Shown here: piece by piece, positions 11,961-22,332 of the stretch | Layout: every line of letters begins with the position of its first letter | Position numbering within the stretch: position 1 is the stretch's first letter | Source of the DNA: Mayamaea pseudoterrestris | Taxonomy: Eukaryota | Assembly (NCBI GenBank): GCA_027923505.1 | Contig: BROI01000034.1 | Location: forward strand, 62,001 to 126,000 | DNA: 64,000 nt | Direction of reading: 5' to 3' | Translations under genes and position numbers: made by a program | The notes under the pieces: model-generated | The model's database searches: none | What the model was told of the DNA's origin: nothing | The model's input: only the letters and a program-made list of their open reading frames with translations

Positions 11961-13076
11961 ATGTATTTCTTCAACTCTCTTTTTTGCTTTCCACACATGA
12001 TCTTCTTCTTTCTAAGTTGGATCGCCTCGAGTCTCTTCAAGCCTTTGCTTGTCGTCAGCCTCATTGGTGTATTGACATCGTCACCAAGTTCTGCCTTAAA
12101 GAAGGGACAAATGCTAGTCTCGACCATCCAGTACCTTCTCTTTTGCAAGGAAAAGAAATGGAAGAAACCAAAGGAGGATCCAGACTCATTTTTCGAAACC
12201 GTACCCACTGGCAAGCAGCCCAAGATTCAACGAAAGACAATCATTTTTGTTCGACATGGCGAAAGTACTTGGAATGACACTTTTAACAAAGGAGATCGAC
12301 CCGTAGTCAGCTTTATTCTCAATTTTATTCCCAACTTGGTCAAGGCTATCTTTATGGAATGGTTTTTCTTTGTGACCGGTGAATCCAATGAGAGTTGGTT
12401 CTACGACTCGGCACTCTCCGAAAAGGGCATCAAGCAAGCTCTCGGAATCCAAGGATTTCTCAAAACAAACCCCAAATTTGCCACTCCCAAAGAACAAAAG
12501 ATGCTTCGTCTATTGGTTGGTGACAAGAGTGTACCGGCCCAGCTTGTCTCGTCGAACTTACGGCGAGCCATTTCAACTATGCTCATTGGATTTTCCGATC
12601 GGCTTCAGCACAACTATTCGCGTGACAATGTTTTGCTACTAGCGGAACTGCAGGAAATTAGCTTTAACCCAGATGCCTTGTCTATTACGGCTCCACGCGA
12701 GCAGGTGATTCCTCCATGGACCGATCCAAAGTCAATTCATCCATTCTACGAAAAGGGTCGCGTTGATCCTGGCATGAACACTGGCAATAAGCGAGTCGAT
12801 GGAAACGGACTTGAGCGACTGCAAGCTTTCTGTAAAACTGCGTTTGACGATATCGGCAAGGACAATATAATTGCGGCAGGACACTCACTCTGGTTCAAGG
12901 CCTTTTTCCAAACGTATTTGCCACACACGACTGACCATGTGGCCAAGAAGAAGAAGCTTGTAAACGGAGGCATGTGTGGATTCACATTGGAGCGAATATT
13001 GGTTGATGAAGCAACTAAACAATGGGCGTATCGGATTGACCCGACCAGTTTGGTCGTATTTCATGGTGGGTTTTAG
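11961..13076 (+). CDS. Histidine phosphatase (phosphoglycerate mutase-like) family protein with a hydrophobic N-terminus
   Basis: FVRHGESTWN (RHG motif), SSNLRRAIST, LQEIS and AAGHS catalytic motifs; hydrophobic first ~40 aa. Confidence 0.85.
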   Translation: MYFFNSLFCFPHMIFFFLSWIASSLFKPLLVVSLIGVLTSSPSSALKKGQMLVSTIQYLLFCKEKKWKKPKEDPDSFFETVPTGKQPKIQRKTIIFVRHGESTWNDTFNKGDRPVVSFILNFIPNLVKAIFMEWFFFVTGESNESWFYDSALSEKGIKQALGIQGFLKTNPKFATPKEQKMLRLLVGDKSVPAQLVSSNLRRAISTMLIGFSDRLQHNYSRDNVLLLAELQEISFNPDALSITAPREQVIPPWTDPKSIHPFYEKGRVDPGMNTGNKRVDGNGLERLQAFCKTAFDDIGKDNIIAAGHSLWFKAFFQTYLPHTTDHVAKKKKLVNGGMCGFTLERILVDEATKQWAYRIDPTSLVVFHGGF

Positions 13077-13327
13077 TATGCTGCCGTGTGTTATAAAGCC
13101 TCACTAGGAACTATTTGACAATGTCTTTATAGCAATAGGAAGCTCGTCGTTTTGCATACACATATACCTCAATTGCATCCAGTGCAAGAATGTGGTGATG
13201 TGATACTCTACGACGTACGGTATGTAGTACTTGGTAGCTAGCCCATGCGTCTACACATAAGGTTTAGGGCTACAAGCGCCAGCACCCACACCGCGCCGCA
13301 GCGCTCATTTTTTTCTTCAATTTGACC

Positions 13328-14911
13328 ATGAGCGCCCCTTCGTCAAACTGGAAGCACCCTTCCGCTCAGCAAAAGCAGAAATATGGTCTTGTAGACCTTC
13401 CTGATGACTTTGAGCCGACCGCAGAAGAAACGGTGTTATTGGACATGTACAAGACGGTTCAAACATACGAGCGACATGCTGCAAAATTGAAGGAAGAAGC
13501 GGCGCGCGCTAGACTAGCTGCTGCCGAAGAAGAGTTTAATAAGCGAATGAAGCCAAAGAAAACTATGCGGGCTCCAAGCGAGATGAAGCAGAAGTCAGAT
13601 GGAGTTCATTCGTCGGCGGAACAGGACGAGTATGGAAATGAAATCCCTGCTTTCCGTGACGACGATCGCATGGAAGAGGTCGATCAAACCACCATGCGCG
13701 AACGTCGAGAGGCTAAACTTGAGGCTCTTCGCATTGAAGTTGAAGAAGCAAAGCAACAGAAGCAGTCGGACGAAGACGCTCTCCGTCAACAGTTGCTGCA
13801 GGAGCAAGAACCTATACTTGATGGGCCTGTTATGAAACGCAAGCGAATCGACGAGACTAATGATCAAGCAACCAAGTCGCTTATCGCAAACATTACTGCG
13901 GCATCTACTCCTCCGCATGAATTTTCAAAGGCGCTTAACTTATCGGTGACTCAGGGTCGTCTACTCTTTCCCACGTCGTCCGAGCAGGACCAAAGGTGGT
14001 CACCGCCCGCCTCCGCCATCGGTCCGAATGATGGTGCCCTCAAGATTCGCCTCGCGGGATTTGATATATCCAAAGCACAAGTCGGCCAAGGCAATAATAC
14101 GATTGTCATTAAATTCATGGCTCCAGCCCAGTCGAAGCGATTCAGTATGAACATAACGACTCCCGAATACGAAGACAATCTCGACAGTGTCTTGTTTCAC
14201 TTTAACCCTCGTCATTTTGAACGCGGCGGACAAGTTGTTTTAAACAACAAGCTAGATGGTAACTGGGAGCAGCATATTGCCTTGCCATTAAGTCAATTGC
14301 CGCTACTCTTTGGTGAAGCGTCGTGTACCTTGGTCATTCAAATTACAGGTGACGGCTTTGACGTCTTTATGCGCGCCGCCGATTATACAGCTGTTTCAGA
14401 TGGCCTAGTCCATATTGCCAGATGGGAACATCGGAAGGAGTTGCCGGCGAGCGATTTGGTGCTTCAGTTTCCAAGCACAGATGATTATGGCAATATTGAA
14501 AATTGGATCTTGTACAAGGTGTGGTGGGGCCACCAAGATGTTCGCGCTAAGCCGGATGCTCAAGTACCTGGTGTGAATGCATATGATGCAGACCACCCGA
14601 GGAAACTATTTGTTTCCAACCTGGCCAAGCTTTTTACAGAGGCGGACATGGATGTGCGCAAGGCAGAACTGGAGCGAGCCTTTCGCAAATATGGTGGAGA
14701 TCGCGGTGTTTCGGTCATTGCGCCCATGAATGCAACCTATGCTTTTATTGAAATGGAGAATGAACGACAAGCCGACATAGCCTTGACGGAAATGGCGACT
14801 CAGTACAAGTTGAAGCGAGCTCGTCGGTCGAGACACGAGGCACTTCAAGAAAAACGTGCGGCTGCTGCGGCTGGTGGAATTACAACAGGCGCAGGAACTA
14901 CTTGGGATTAG
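13328..14911 (+). CDS. Coiled-coil + galectin-like domain + C-terminal RRM protein
   Basis: KRFSMNI..LFHFNPR..VVLNN..GNW is the galectin signature. KLFVSNL (RNP2) and YAFIEM (RNP1) mark an RRM. First ATG at 13328. Confidence 0.8.
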   Translation: MSAPSSNWKHPSAQQKQKYGLVDLPDDFEPTAEETVLLDMYKTVQTYERHAAKLKEEAARARLAAAEEEFNKRMKPKKTMRAPSEMKQKSDGVHSSAEQDEYGNEIPAFRDDDRMEEVDQTTMRERREAKLEALRIEVEEAKQQKQSDEDALRQQLLQEQEPILDGPVMKRKRIDETNDQATKSLIANITAASTPPHEFSKALNLSVTQGRLLFPTSSEQDQRWSPPASAIGPNDGALKIRLAGFDISKAQVGQGNNTIVIKFMAPAQSKRFSMNITTPEYEDNLDSVLFHFNPRHFERGGQVVLNNKLDGNWEQHIALPLSQLPLLFGEASCTLVIQITGDGFDVFMRAADYTAVSDGLVHIARWEHRKELPASDLVLQFPSTDDYGNIENWILYKVWWGHQDVRAKPDAQVPGVNAYDADHPRKLFVSNLAKLFTEADMDVRKAELERAFRKYGGDRGVSVIAPMNATYAFIEMENERQADIALTEMATQYKLKRARRSRHEALQEKRAAAAAGGITTGAGTTWD

Positions 14912-15236
14912 TTTTATACCTTCGTGCTTATTTAGACCTACTTTAGGAGTATGCTGCTTTCTTCGGAGGTGGTGCTACGAATTCAATTGCTAAGTAGTAG
15001 TCTTCAGGAAGTCGTACGTAGCCAAGAAGCGTACCGGTACTTGATTGATTGGCTTGATGAGTCTTGGTGCGACACGCGTTAGATTAGAATTGACGACGGC
15101 ATCATTCATCTCAGATTCAGACAAGGCATCTCAGCAACAGTTAATATTGAGCAGTGAAGAGCAGGTATATCGCTAAGTCGTCATTCATGTAAACATTGAA
15201 GACGTTTGCTATTGCACGCAAAAAGGATAATCAATC

Positions 15237-18200
15237 ATGGGTCAGTCGCCGTCAGCGCTTGCCTCAGCGACCGGCAGCGAAAGTGAAACCCCGACTACAA
15301 GTCGCCTGCGGCATAGCTTTGCTCTCGGCCAGCGACGCTCTACTCCAGACACTGACGGTGTTCGACGAGATTCTCGTCGATCGAGTGATCGAGATTTATC
15401 AAGTCCTCAGCGTCGCAGTTTTGGATCATTCTTGACGCGACGTACACCACCAAGCAGCAATTCTCTTGACGACGTCCCTTCCGAGGCTTCCGGCAATAAT
15501 GCTGCGGCAGAAAATATACGACTTGGTCAGCCGCGACAGCCAAATCTTGATGATCCGCCATCATTGCTTAGCATGGAGGAGCCAAATGATAGCTCATGTC
15601 ACTTGACATTAGAGGAGGTGAAGAATCTGTCGTCCAGTGACTTGACAGTGGGTCAATCAAATCGCGATGTTCCTGCAGGAGCGAATCGGCGACTTCAACG
15701 CAGACAATCTTCGGATCGCAGTTTGGATGATTTTTCTCCTCCTCCTCGTCATGGTGCTGATCATTGCGCAAGTCCAACTATAACATATGCCCGAGATGAA
15801 GCCTCGTTTCATACGCCAGAAGCAACCAGCAGGGATACATACTCGAACGAAGACAGTTACATGGGACAGTCCAATGCAGCAGTGACTCTTGATGCCAGTG
15901 CTCCCGATGACTCCATGTTTCGTTACTTTCGTCGGGCGTCGGCTGGTTCCATGGCGTCGGGAACGTCAGTGTCGGATGAATACTCGGACGGTGATCATGT
16001 AAGAGCATTCAACAATGCTGACTTTTATCCACAAGCTGACACGCAGTGGATGGGTCGATCTATTGAAACTCTATTGCTTGGATATGCTTCATCTGCGCCC
16101 ATATTAACTGTTGTCGAACCTGGTGGCCCAGATCCGTATTTTATGGAAGATGGATTCGAGGAGGGCGAGTTTACGGCGCTCCGCCGACGCAGTACGGCTA
16201 GTACGTTTGGAGGATACGGGCGAAGACGAAGCTCGCAGGGAAGCTTTCCAGGTGGGCGTCGCGGCAGTCTGAGTTTGTCGGGTGGTCAGGGACATGGAGG
16301 GACTTTGGCAAGCTACTATCGAAGGCGGGGACCGTCGACCCCAAATGAGTTTGATCGGCAAGGCCGTCGCGGAAGTACGACACATGTTCGAGCATTTCGT
16401 CGACGCAGCAGTATGGCTGCGGGAGGAGGCAGCGATGATGGGACTGGTGCTACTTTGGCAGCTACTCGTAAGAAGGGTGGTCCAAATGCGTGCCTTTCAA
16501 TGATGGCAAGGGAAAGTTCTGGAAAGTCATTATTTCTGCGTGGAACCCCTGTTACTCAGAGCTTGCGATTGGTCGGTGGACATGCTCTTTTCAACCGCAT
16601 CGATAAGCCAGCGGCAGGCATTGCAAATGAAGTTGCCTTCTTGGCCGCAGCGATCGATTCGGGCGATTGGTCAGAAACGCAATCCATCGTTACAAGGCTT
16701 GGCCCCAGACTCATTGGTGATCCAATGGGATCCAACAATGGTGCGATGGATCCGAACCTTCCTCCGACAGCTCCCCGCTTCTATGCCGGAGGAGGTCGCG
16801 TTGGTCTAGAACGAGATGCCTTTGTTTTGGCTGATGGGGTTAACGTCCTGGTCAAAGTATTTAGCGAAAAGTCTTTTGTTGGTCAGGAAATGGCGTTGTC
16901 ATTAGACGCCCGCGATCTTAGCACGGAGATTGTGGCAACACGTCTTGCTCCTTGTTGGAATGAAGCGTTGGCTGCTCTTCGCGAGCTCGTATTCGCTATT
17001 CCAGCTCTTGTCTCAAGCAGAAGCATTGACGACGGCTACTTTGTTCCGTTTCTGTTTACGCTTCTATCGCATGATTCGACATTTGATGCTGCTGCGGCCT
17101 TGATTGAGGAGATCTTGGCAATTCTCTCCCAGTATCCACAACATCCTGCCGCCAGTGAAAGTGGCGACATGGCGTTTCAACCAGCTGGACGGGTGGCAGA
17201 ACCGAAGACTTTTTTCCTTGGAAATGTGCCTCAGTTGTACGAATTATGGAATGGCTTTAATTGCCGCCAGCTTGCTCACTTCTGCAGGATTCTAGCGCTT
17301 TTAGTTTTTGAACCTGAGGATCGACAACTGTTGGAAAGTCCTGCTGTTCTGAAATCGGTGGAATTACTCCGACTGCGACGAAGCCGGGCCATCCGAGCGG
17401 GACGCGACGCGACGGTTGATCTTAATCAAAGTATCCTTCTTGGTGACGAGGAATTGATGACTAGACTTTTGCAACTTTTAAAAGTGATGAATTATGCACC
17501 GGGTCTTCACAACGTCAAACCATTTCATGTTATGTCGCAATATCCTTTCATCGCGGACACATTGGTTATACTTGGGCTTGGTGAAATGGACAGCTGGATC
17601 GACATAGATCGACAAGACCAACTAGCTCGGACGATGCAGCGCGAAGGTGAAGGTGATATTAGAGCTCCAATAAGTGAACTTGGGTCGGTCGCTACCATGC
17701 TCGTGAATCTCGGTGACACACTTGCGGAGCCTTCGAACCAGATGGGTTCTGTCATCCAAGTGATCAGCGCAGCTCAACAAGCTGGTGTGATTGTCAGCCG
17801 CAATTCAGAGGCAGCAGATGCAGGTGAGCCTCATTCTGTCGAAGATCAAGGGACTGCGGTGGCGCGTCTTTTAGGTGGGATGATTGTCGACTCCGCAATT
17901 CAGGGCTTTGCTTCTGTTGCAGGCATACTGTCGGAACAGATGTTGGGTCGTAGGCTTAACTCTGACGATGATATGGCGGCTCGCCACACTATATATACAC
18001 CAGAAGACGCGGCGAACTCTCTTCAGTTTAATGGCATTATACTGAGCGCGTATCAAGTCGAAGTCCTGTTTGTATTGTGTACGCTTCTTGGCGGTCGACG
18101 CAAGTTGGATACACAGCGGAGTGCCCGTCTTGTAATACCTATATTGGAGGACATGTTTCAGCGGCTACCATTTTCGCAAAATCATGTAGATCGTGATCGA

Positions 18201-19553
18201 ACAAATGATGACAATGTCCGCGAAGAAGGTGTACATGGAGCCGGCTGCGACTGCACTCCTGAATCTGCTCTCTGTGTCCAATTTCTTCGACTTGTCCACA
18301 ATTTTTGCGACAGAGATGTCGACAACTACGCTGGCCGTCGTCTTCTCTTGTCGCCCACCGAAATTGAAACGATTTTTGATTCGCATTCTCATCAAAATGA
18401 GTTGCTTCCTGAGCCAGGTTTACTTTCCAAGCTCATCGGAGCCTTTATGCGAGAATTAGACGAATCTCCTTATCGATTTTGGCTTGCTAGTTGCATCGAG
18501 TCTTTCCTTCGAGGGTCCTCTCCAGATGAACAGCTTTTCGTGGTAAACAGTGGTCTCATGAAGCACTTGCTGAATGAAATAACCTCGTCTAAGCTGCATT
18601 GTGCGGGAAGTCTGCAGACCTCTTTCGACATTCTTGGTGAGCTTGCTAAAGGCAATCCGCACGTTGTCAAGCTAATGATGAATGATCTGGACGAAGACAG
18701 GTTCCACAAAGTATTTAGCGTAGCAACTGAGAATCTAATTGATTCAAACGTGTTCATTCGCTCTTTGATATTAACCGTGGAGCGACTTGCGGCCGAGCAT
18801 AATGGAGATTGGTGTATTCTGAGCGAAAGCAGCGCGTACTTGACGCATTCATGGCTAGACGTAGCGGCTCTGGAGAGCAAAGAACATCAGCGAGATGTTT
18901 GGATACGCCATGATCAGTCGGTGTCTTCTGATTGGTTCTCCCCTCAGTCCGTTCCTTCATCGTCCCGTGTGGGTGACGATTTTAATCATTCTCGCGTCGG
19001 CTGGGTCTTTACGCCTTTGGATGACGAGAACGCAATGTTGCTTACTTCAAACACTGTTCAACGACTGGCATGGTTCTTGGAAAAAAATAAGGCGACACTT
19101 TTGCGCAATCTCATGCAGGTAGTGAGCTTACAAAACATCAACCACGAGAACATTTGCTGCCTGAACACGGCCATCGTGGTTGTAATGTTTGCGCATCGTC
19201 GACGACAATTGCAGCGTCTTTTGCAGGCACTTCGTCAGGATCCCAACGAAGACATTGTCAGTCGATTCGCTGTGATGAATATTCAGGAAGATCAGTTGGA
19301 TACGTTGAAATGCTTTCGCGAAGTGTTGTGGTTTTGGAAGGAGTACTACACACACCGCGGCCGTGATCGCCTTTCGTTGGAATTTTCGTCGCACGTTCGC
19401 TTTCAGGAGTGGAATCACATCGTTTCGCTCTTGACGGCTGACGATGGATCCCCTACTGCGCTTGTATCAAGCCCCATTTGCCTCCCTCGTTCTCCTTATC
19501 AACGAGCTGCTCGTGGCGTTGCAGCCGATGAGGGATACTTACGTGGAGCCTAA
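15237..19553 (+). CDS. TRPC4AP: TRPC4-associated protein (TRUSS/DUF3689) homolog with a long disordered N-terminus
   Basis: HGAGCDCTPESALCVQFLRLVHNFCD, YRFWLASCIESFLRG, NHENICCLNTA and FWKEYYTHRGRDRLSLEFSS match the conserved C-terminal region of the family. Confidence 0.8.
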   Translation: MGQSPSALASATGSESETPTTSRLRHSFALGQRRSTPDTDGVRRDSRRSSDRDLSSPQRRSFGSFLTRRTPPSSNSLDDVPSEASGNNAAAENIRLGQPRQPNLDDPPSLLSMEEPNDSSCHLTLEEVKNLSSSDLTVGQSNRDVPAGANRRLQRRQSSDRSLDDFSPPPRHGADHCASPTITYARDEASFHTPEATSRDTYSNEDSYMGQSNAAVTLDASAPDDSMFRYFRRASAGSMASGTSVSDEYSDGDHVRAFNNADFYPQADTQWMGRSIETLLLGYASSAPILTVVEPGGPDPYFMEDGFEEGEFTALRRRSTASTFGGYGRRRSSQGSFPGGRRGSLSLSGGQGHGGTLASYYRRRGPSTPNEFDRQGRRGSTTHVRAFRRRSSMAAGGGSDDGTGATLAATRKKGGPNACLSMMARESSGKSLFLRGTPVTQSLRLVGGHALFNRIDKPAAGIANEVAFLAAAIDSGDWSETQSIVTRLGPRLIGDPMGSNNGAMDPNLPPTAPRFYAGGGRVGLERDAFVLADGVNVLVKVFSEKSFVGQEMALSLDARDLSTEIVATRLAPCWNEALAALRELVFAIPALVSSRSIDDGYFVPFLFTLLSHDSTFDAAAALIEEILAILSQYPQHPAASESGDMAFQPAGRVAEPKTFFLGNVPQLYELWNGFNCRQLAHFCRILALLVFEPEDRQLLESPAVLKSVELLRLRRSRAIRAGRDATVDLNQSILLGDEELMTRLLQLLKVMNYAPGLHNVKPFHVMSQYPFIADTLVILGLGEMDSWIDIDRQDQLARTMQREGEGDIRAPISELGSVATMLVNLGDTLAEPSNQMGSVIQVISAAQQAGVIVSRNSEAADAGEPHSVEDQGTAVARLLGGMIVDSAIQGFASVAGILSEQMLGRRLNSDDDMAARHTIYTPEDAANSLQFNGIILSAYQVEVLFVLCTLLGGRRKLDTQRSARLVIPILEDMFQRLPFSQNHVDRDRTNDDNVREEGVHGAGCDCTPESALCVQFLRLVHNFCDRDVDNYAGRRLLLSPTEIETIFDSHSHQNELLPEPGLLSKLIGAFMRELDESPYRFWLASCIESFLRGSSPDEQLFVVNSGLMKHLLNEITSSKLHCAGSLQTSFDILGELAKGNPHVVKLMMNDLDEDRFHKVFSVATENLIDSNVFIRSLILTVERLAAEHNGDWCILSESSAYLTHSWLDVAALESKEHQRDVWIRHDQSVSSDWFSPQSVPSSSRVGDDFNHSRVGWVFTPLDDENAMLLTSNTVQRLAWFLEKNKATLLRNLMQVVSLQNINHENICCLNTAIVVVMFAHRRRQLQRLLQALRQDPNEDIVSRFAVMNIQEDQLDTLKCFREVLWFWKEYYTHRGRDRLSLEFSSHVRFQEWNHIVSLLTADDGSPTALVSSPICLPRSPYQRAARGVAADEGYLRGA

Positions 19554-19765
19554 GTTTATCTTTGTCATTGCCGCTACTTGGCACATTTTCGCTTGTCTTT
19601 CTCCACTAGATATTGATTTGTGTAGCATCTAGCCATGTCATTTGAAGCCCACAATTTGCATTTACCGTGTATACTTGGAACTACAGTAGGCTCTGTGGTT
19701 TTAGCGATTGGAACCAGGCATGTGTCGCACCGTAACTCTTTAGATCGTCCATTCATTATTATTTC

Positions 19766-21616
19766 ATGTTTCATTTCTATGGGACCATGACGAATCTTCT
19801 ATCATGCTATTGTTGCCAGCAACGACTCGAACGCAAGCTTTTATGCTCTCAGTGTCGGATAGCAATCTATTGCTCTGTCGACTGCCAGAAGAAGCATCGA
19901 AAAACTCATCGGCTACCGTGCCGCGCGGCGCAAGCGCAACGCGAGCTTGCAAGGCTCCTTGAAGAATGTGACATGCACGACGCCGAAAAAGACTTTCATC
20001 TGGCCAGCACTCGTGTTACGCAGCTAAAGGATGAACATTCAAAAGAGACACTGGATCTGAAGCCCTCTAAAAGGCAATTGTCCTCGACAGTCGCTGTCGA
20101 GACGGAAGAGGAAGCTTCGCAATCAACTTCTGAGACTCCGTCGCGACCAGTTATAAAGCCCGTCGTCACACAGCAGCCAGTACTTGACACGAGAATTAAC
20201 CATGGCGTACAACAGAGAAAACGACAATTTGCTAGCGCTGAATCGGAATGCTGCAGCTACACGATACAAGACATGTCAAACTTGTCATGCTACAATGTAC
20301 GACTCACAAATTCTTCGTCACGCACATACGAGTGTCCGCAAATCCAGTTGATGCACTCACCAGCAAACGAAGCGACTGCCGTATCAATTAAGTTTGATGA
20401 AGGTGACATATTGCGCATTTCATTCCCCGGTCACATTGCTGAAGTTTCTTCGCAGCCTATCATCGGCGACTCGGGCATTACATTGCGATGTAGCTACCGA
20501 CCGAATTCGCGGCCTCCATTCGACGATTTATCCGCCCACCATCGACTGACTGCAGAGGCAGCCGAGACATTGACATGTAGATATTGCGACCACAGTCTCA
20601 TCGTCGGCAGCAACAACGATGGCACTTATGACGACAAGCAGGGACTCGCGCCCATTATTCACTCGGTTGGCCCACTCCCATCCAGTCGCTGGGATGACAT
20701 GATGGACTATTTGACATGCTATCCCGGCCAATCAGCGGTGGACTTTAATACAGCCATGATCTGCGGACAAGCGGGCCGAATCCTGGAAGATGAGACTGCT
20801 CTAGTTGCTCATGCTCCGCAAGTGCAAGCTTCCGTCCTGCATGGTATGCCTGGCTACGGCCAGGCTGCTTCACAAGCCTCGCCGGTAGACGCACTGACTA
20901 GCTTGGACGGCGACGCTTCGCTTCGTGGTGTACGACCCTGGAGAGACTCTGTTGTTGGTCCGGTCGTTGCTTGCAACTATTGCGCTTCAATCCTTGGCTC
21001 TTGCCCATCGCCCGAGACGGTGCGGCTGCTGAAACATCGGCTACAAGTGACAGCAACTGGGGAAGTGGACGTGAAAGTGACGCAACTATCAACCATTGCC
21101 ATCTTTATGGCGCAGGAAATGATTCGTTACGCGGAAACCAAGGCAATCTTTGCCTTTCGTGTCCGACAAGCCAGTCGTCACACTAAGACTTGTTTGGTAC
21201 TTCGTCTCATTAGCTGGGACAATTTTGTGGCGACCAACAAGGATGCTACTCTCTTGGACGACGATATACACTCTTTGCATTGGAAACGAATGGTACAAGT
21301 TGTGTATGAAGAGACTATGGATATTGATCCTTTCGACGAAAGTAATACGAAGAATTTGTGGATGTGGAGCACGGATTGGTGTTGCGAACCGATTGCGGTG
21401 CAGCATCACGGCGATGACAAGGATGAGAAGAAGACTAGTAGCACTAACTCGCCAGTATCAGCTGTGAACCTTACACTTGAAGCGGATGAATGGAAGGAGC
21501 TATCGAATGAGATAAAGTCGGGATCTGCCTTCTTTCCGGCAGCCGTTGCTGCGGCGACGGTAATGGCAAAGACTGGATCTGAAAGAGCGAGCTTGTCTGC
21601 CATCTTTTTACCATAA
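19766..21616 (+). CDS. MYND zinc finger + UBE3D/HECT_2-like E3 ubiquitin ligase
   Basis: CYCC..CSQC..YCSVDCQKKH..H..C is a MYND finger. CRYC..PLPSSRWDDMMDYLTC..CNYCASILG..RLLKHRL..LRLISWD follows the UBE3D pattern. The start could instead be ATG 19787. Confidence 0.7.
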   Translation: MFHFYGTMTNLLSCYCCQQRLERKLLCSQCRIAIYCSVDCQKKHRKTHRLPCRAAQAQRELARLLEECDMHDAEKDFHLASTRVTQLKDEHSKETLDLKPSKRQLSSTVAVETEEEASQSTSETPSRPVIKPVVTQQPVLDTRINHGVQQRKRQFASAESECCSYTIQDMSNLSCYNVRLTNSSSRTYECPQIQLMHSPANEATAVSIKFDEGDILRISFPGHIAEVSSQPIIGDSGITLRCSYRPNSRPPFDDLSAHHRLTAEAAETLTCRYCDHSLIVGSNNDGTYDDKQGLAPIIHSVGPLPSSRWDDMMDYLTCYPGQSAVDFNTAMICGQAGRILEDETALVAHAPQVQASVLHGMPGYGQAASQASPVDALTSLDGDASLRGVRPWRDSVVGPVVACNYCASILGSCPSPETVRLLKHRLQVTATGEVDVKVTQLSTIAIFMAQEMIRYAETKAIFAFRVRQASRHTKTCLVLRLISWDNFVATNKDATLLDDDIHSLHWKRMVQVVYEETMDIDPFDESNTKNLWMWSTDWCCEPIAVQHHGDDKDEKKTSSTNSPVSAVNLTLEADEWKELSNEIKSGSAFFPAAVAAATVMAKTGSERASLSAIFLP

Positions 21617-21675
21617 TAAAACATTATGATTGATTAGATATAAGATGCTATTCCAATATCTGCACTAATTTTGGC

Positions 21676-22221
21676 TCACTCTTCTGCGTTAACGTTCAGT
21701 AATTCCTTGAGCTCCCCGGATTCATGCATGGATGTGATGATATCGCAACCGCCTACAAACTCGGCATCCACGTAAAGCTGCGGAATGGTAGGCCAATCGG
21801 AATATTTCTTCACGCCCTCCCGAACTGTTGGATAGTCAAGCACATTGACGCTTGCAAAATCAACTCCTTCCGTTTGTAGAATTTGCACCACCTTGGCCGA
21901 AAAGCCGCACATTGGCATGGATGGGTTTCCTTTCATGTAGAGCATGACACGATTGCTTTTGACGTGCTCCTCAATCATTTTGACAGCTTCATCAACGTCA
22001 CCTACAGATTTGCGCTTGGGAGCAAAGTCATCGTGCGAGTCGTCGGAGAATGAACGACTCGATCGAGTAACGACACTGTTTAGGTTTAGGCTGCGTGATC
22101 TCGCCAATACTGCCGTTGATAGCGCGGCTTGTAGATGGAACTGTCTCGGTATACTCTTCCATTGTTGGTTGACAGGTCCGCGGGCCGCCAAGCGGAGTGC
22201 GCTGGTGGCAAGAACCTTCAT
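21676..22221 (-). CDS. GRX5: Monothiol CGFS glutaredoxin, mitochondrial
   Basis: LYMKG.P..PMCGFS, REGVKKYSDWPTIPQLYV..EFVGGCDI; Arg/Ser-rich presequence starting at ATG 22221. Confidence 0.93.
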   Translation of the reverse strand: MKVLATSALRLAARGPVNQQWKSIPRQFHLQAALSTAVLARSRSLNLNSVVTRSSRSFSDDSHDDFAPKRKSVGDVDEAVKMIEEHVKSNRVMLYMKGNPSMPMCGFSAKVVQILQTEGVDFASVNVLDYPTVREGVKKYSDWPTIPQLYVDAEFVGGCDIITSMHESGELKELLNVNAEE

Positions 22222-22332
22222 GGTCTTGCTTGGATTTGTGTGAAGTTGTGGCAGTCGACCGCCTTGGTGAGTAACGTTGCGATTCTTTAGTACCGCACCG
22301 ACAGCGTGACATTTCCCGCGCCGCGCTTGACC

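Noticed and set aside
13262..13270. TTTAGGG telomere-like motif
   Set aside because: Single isolated copy.
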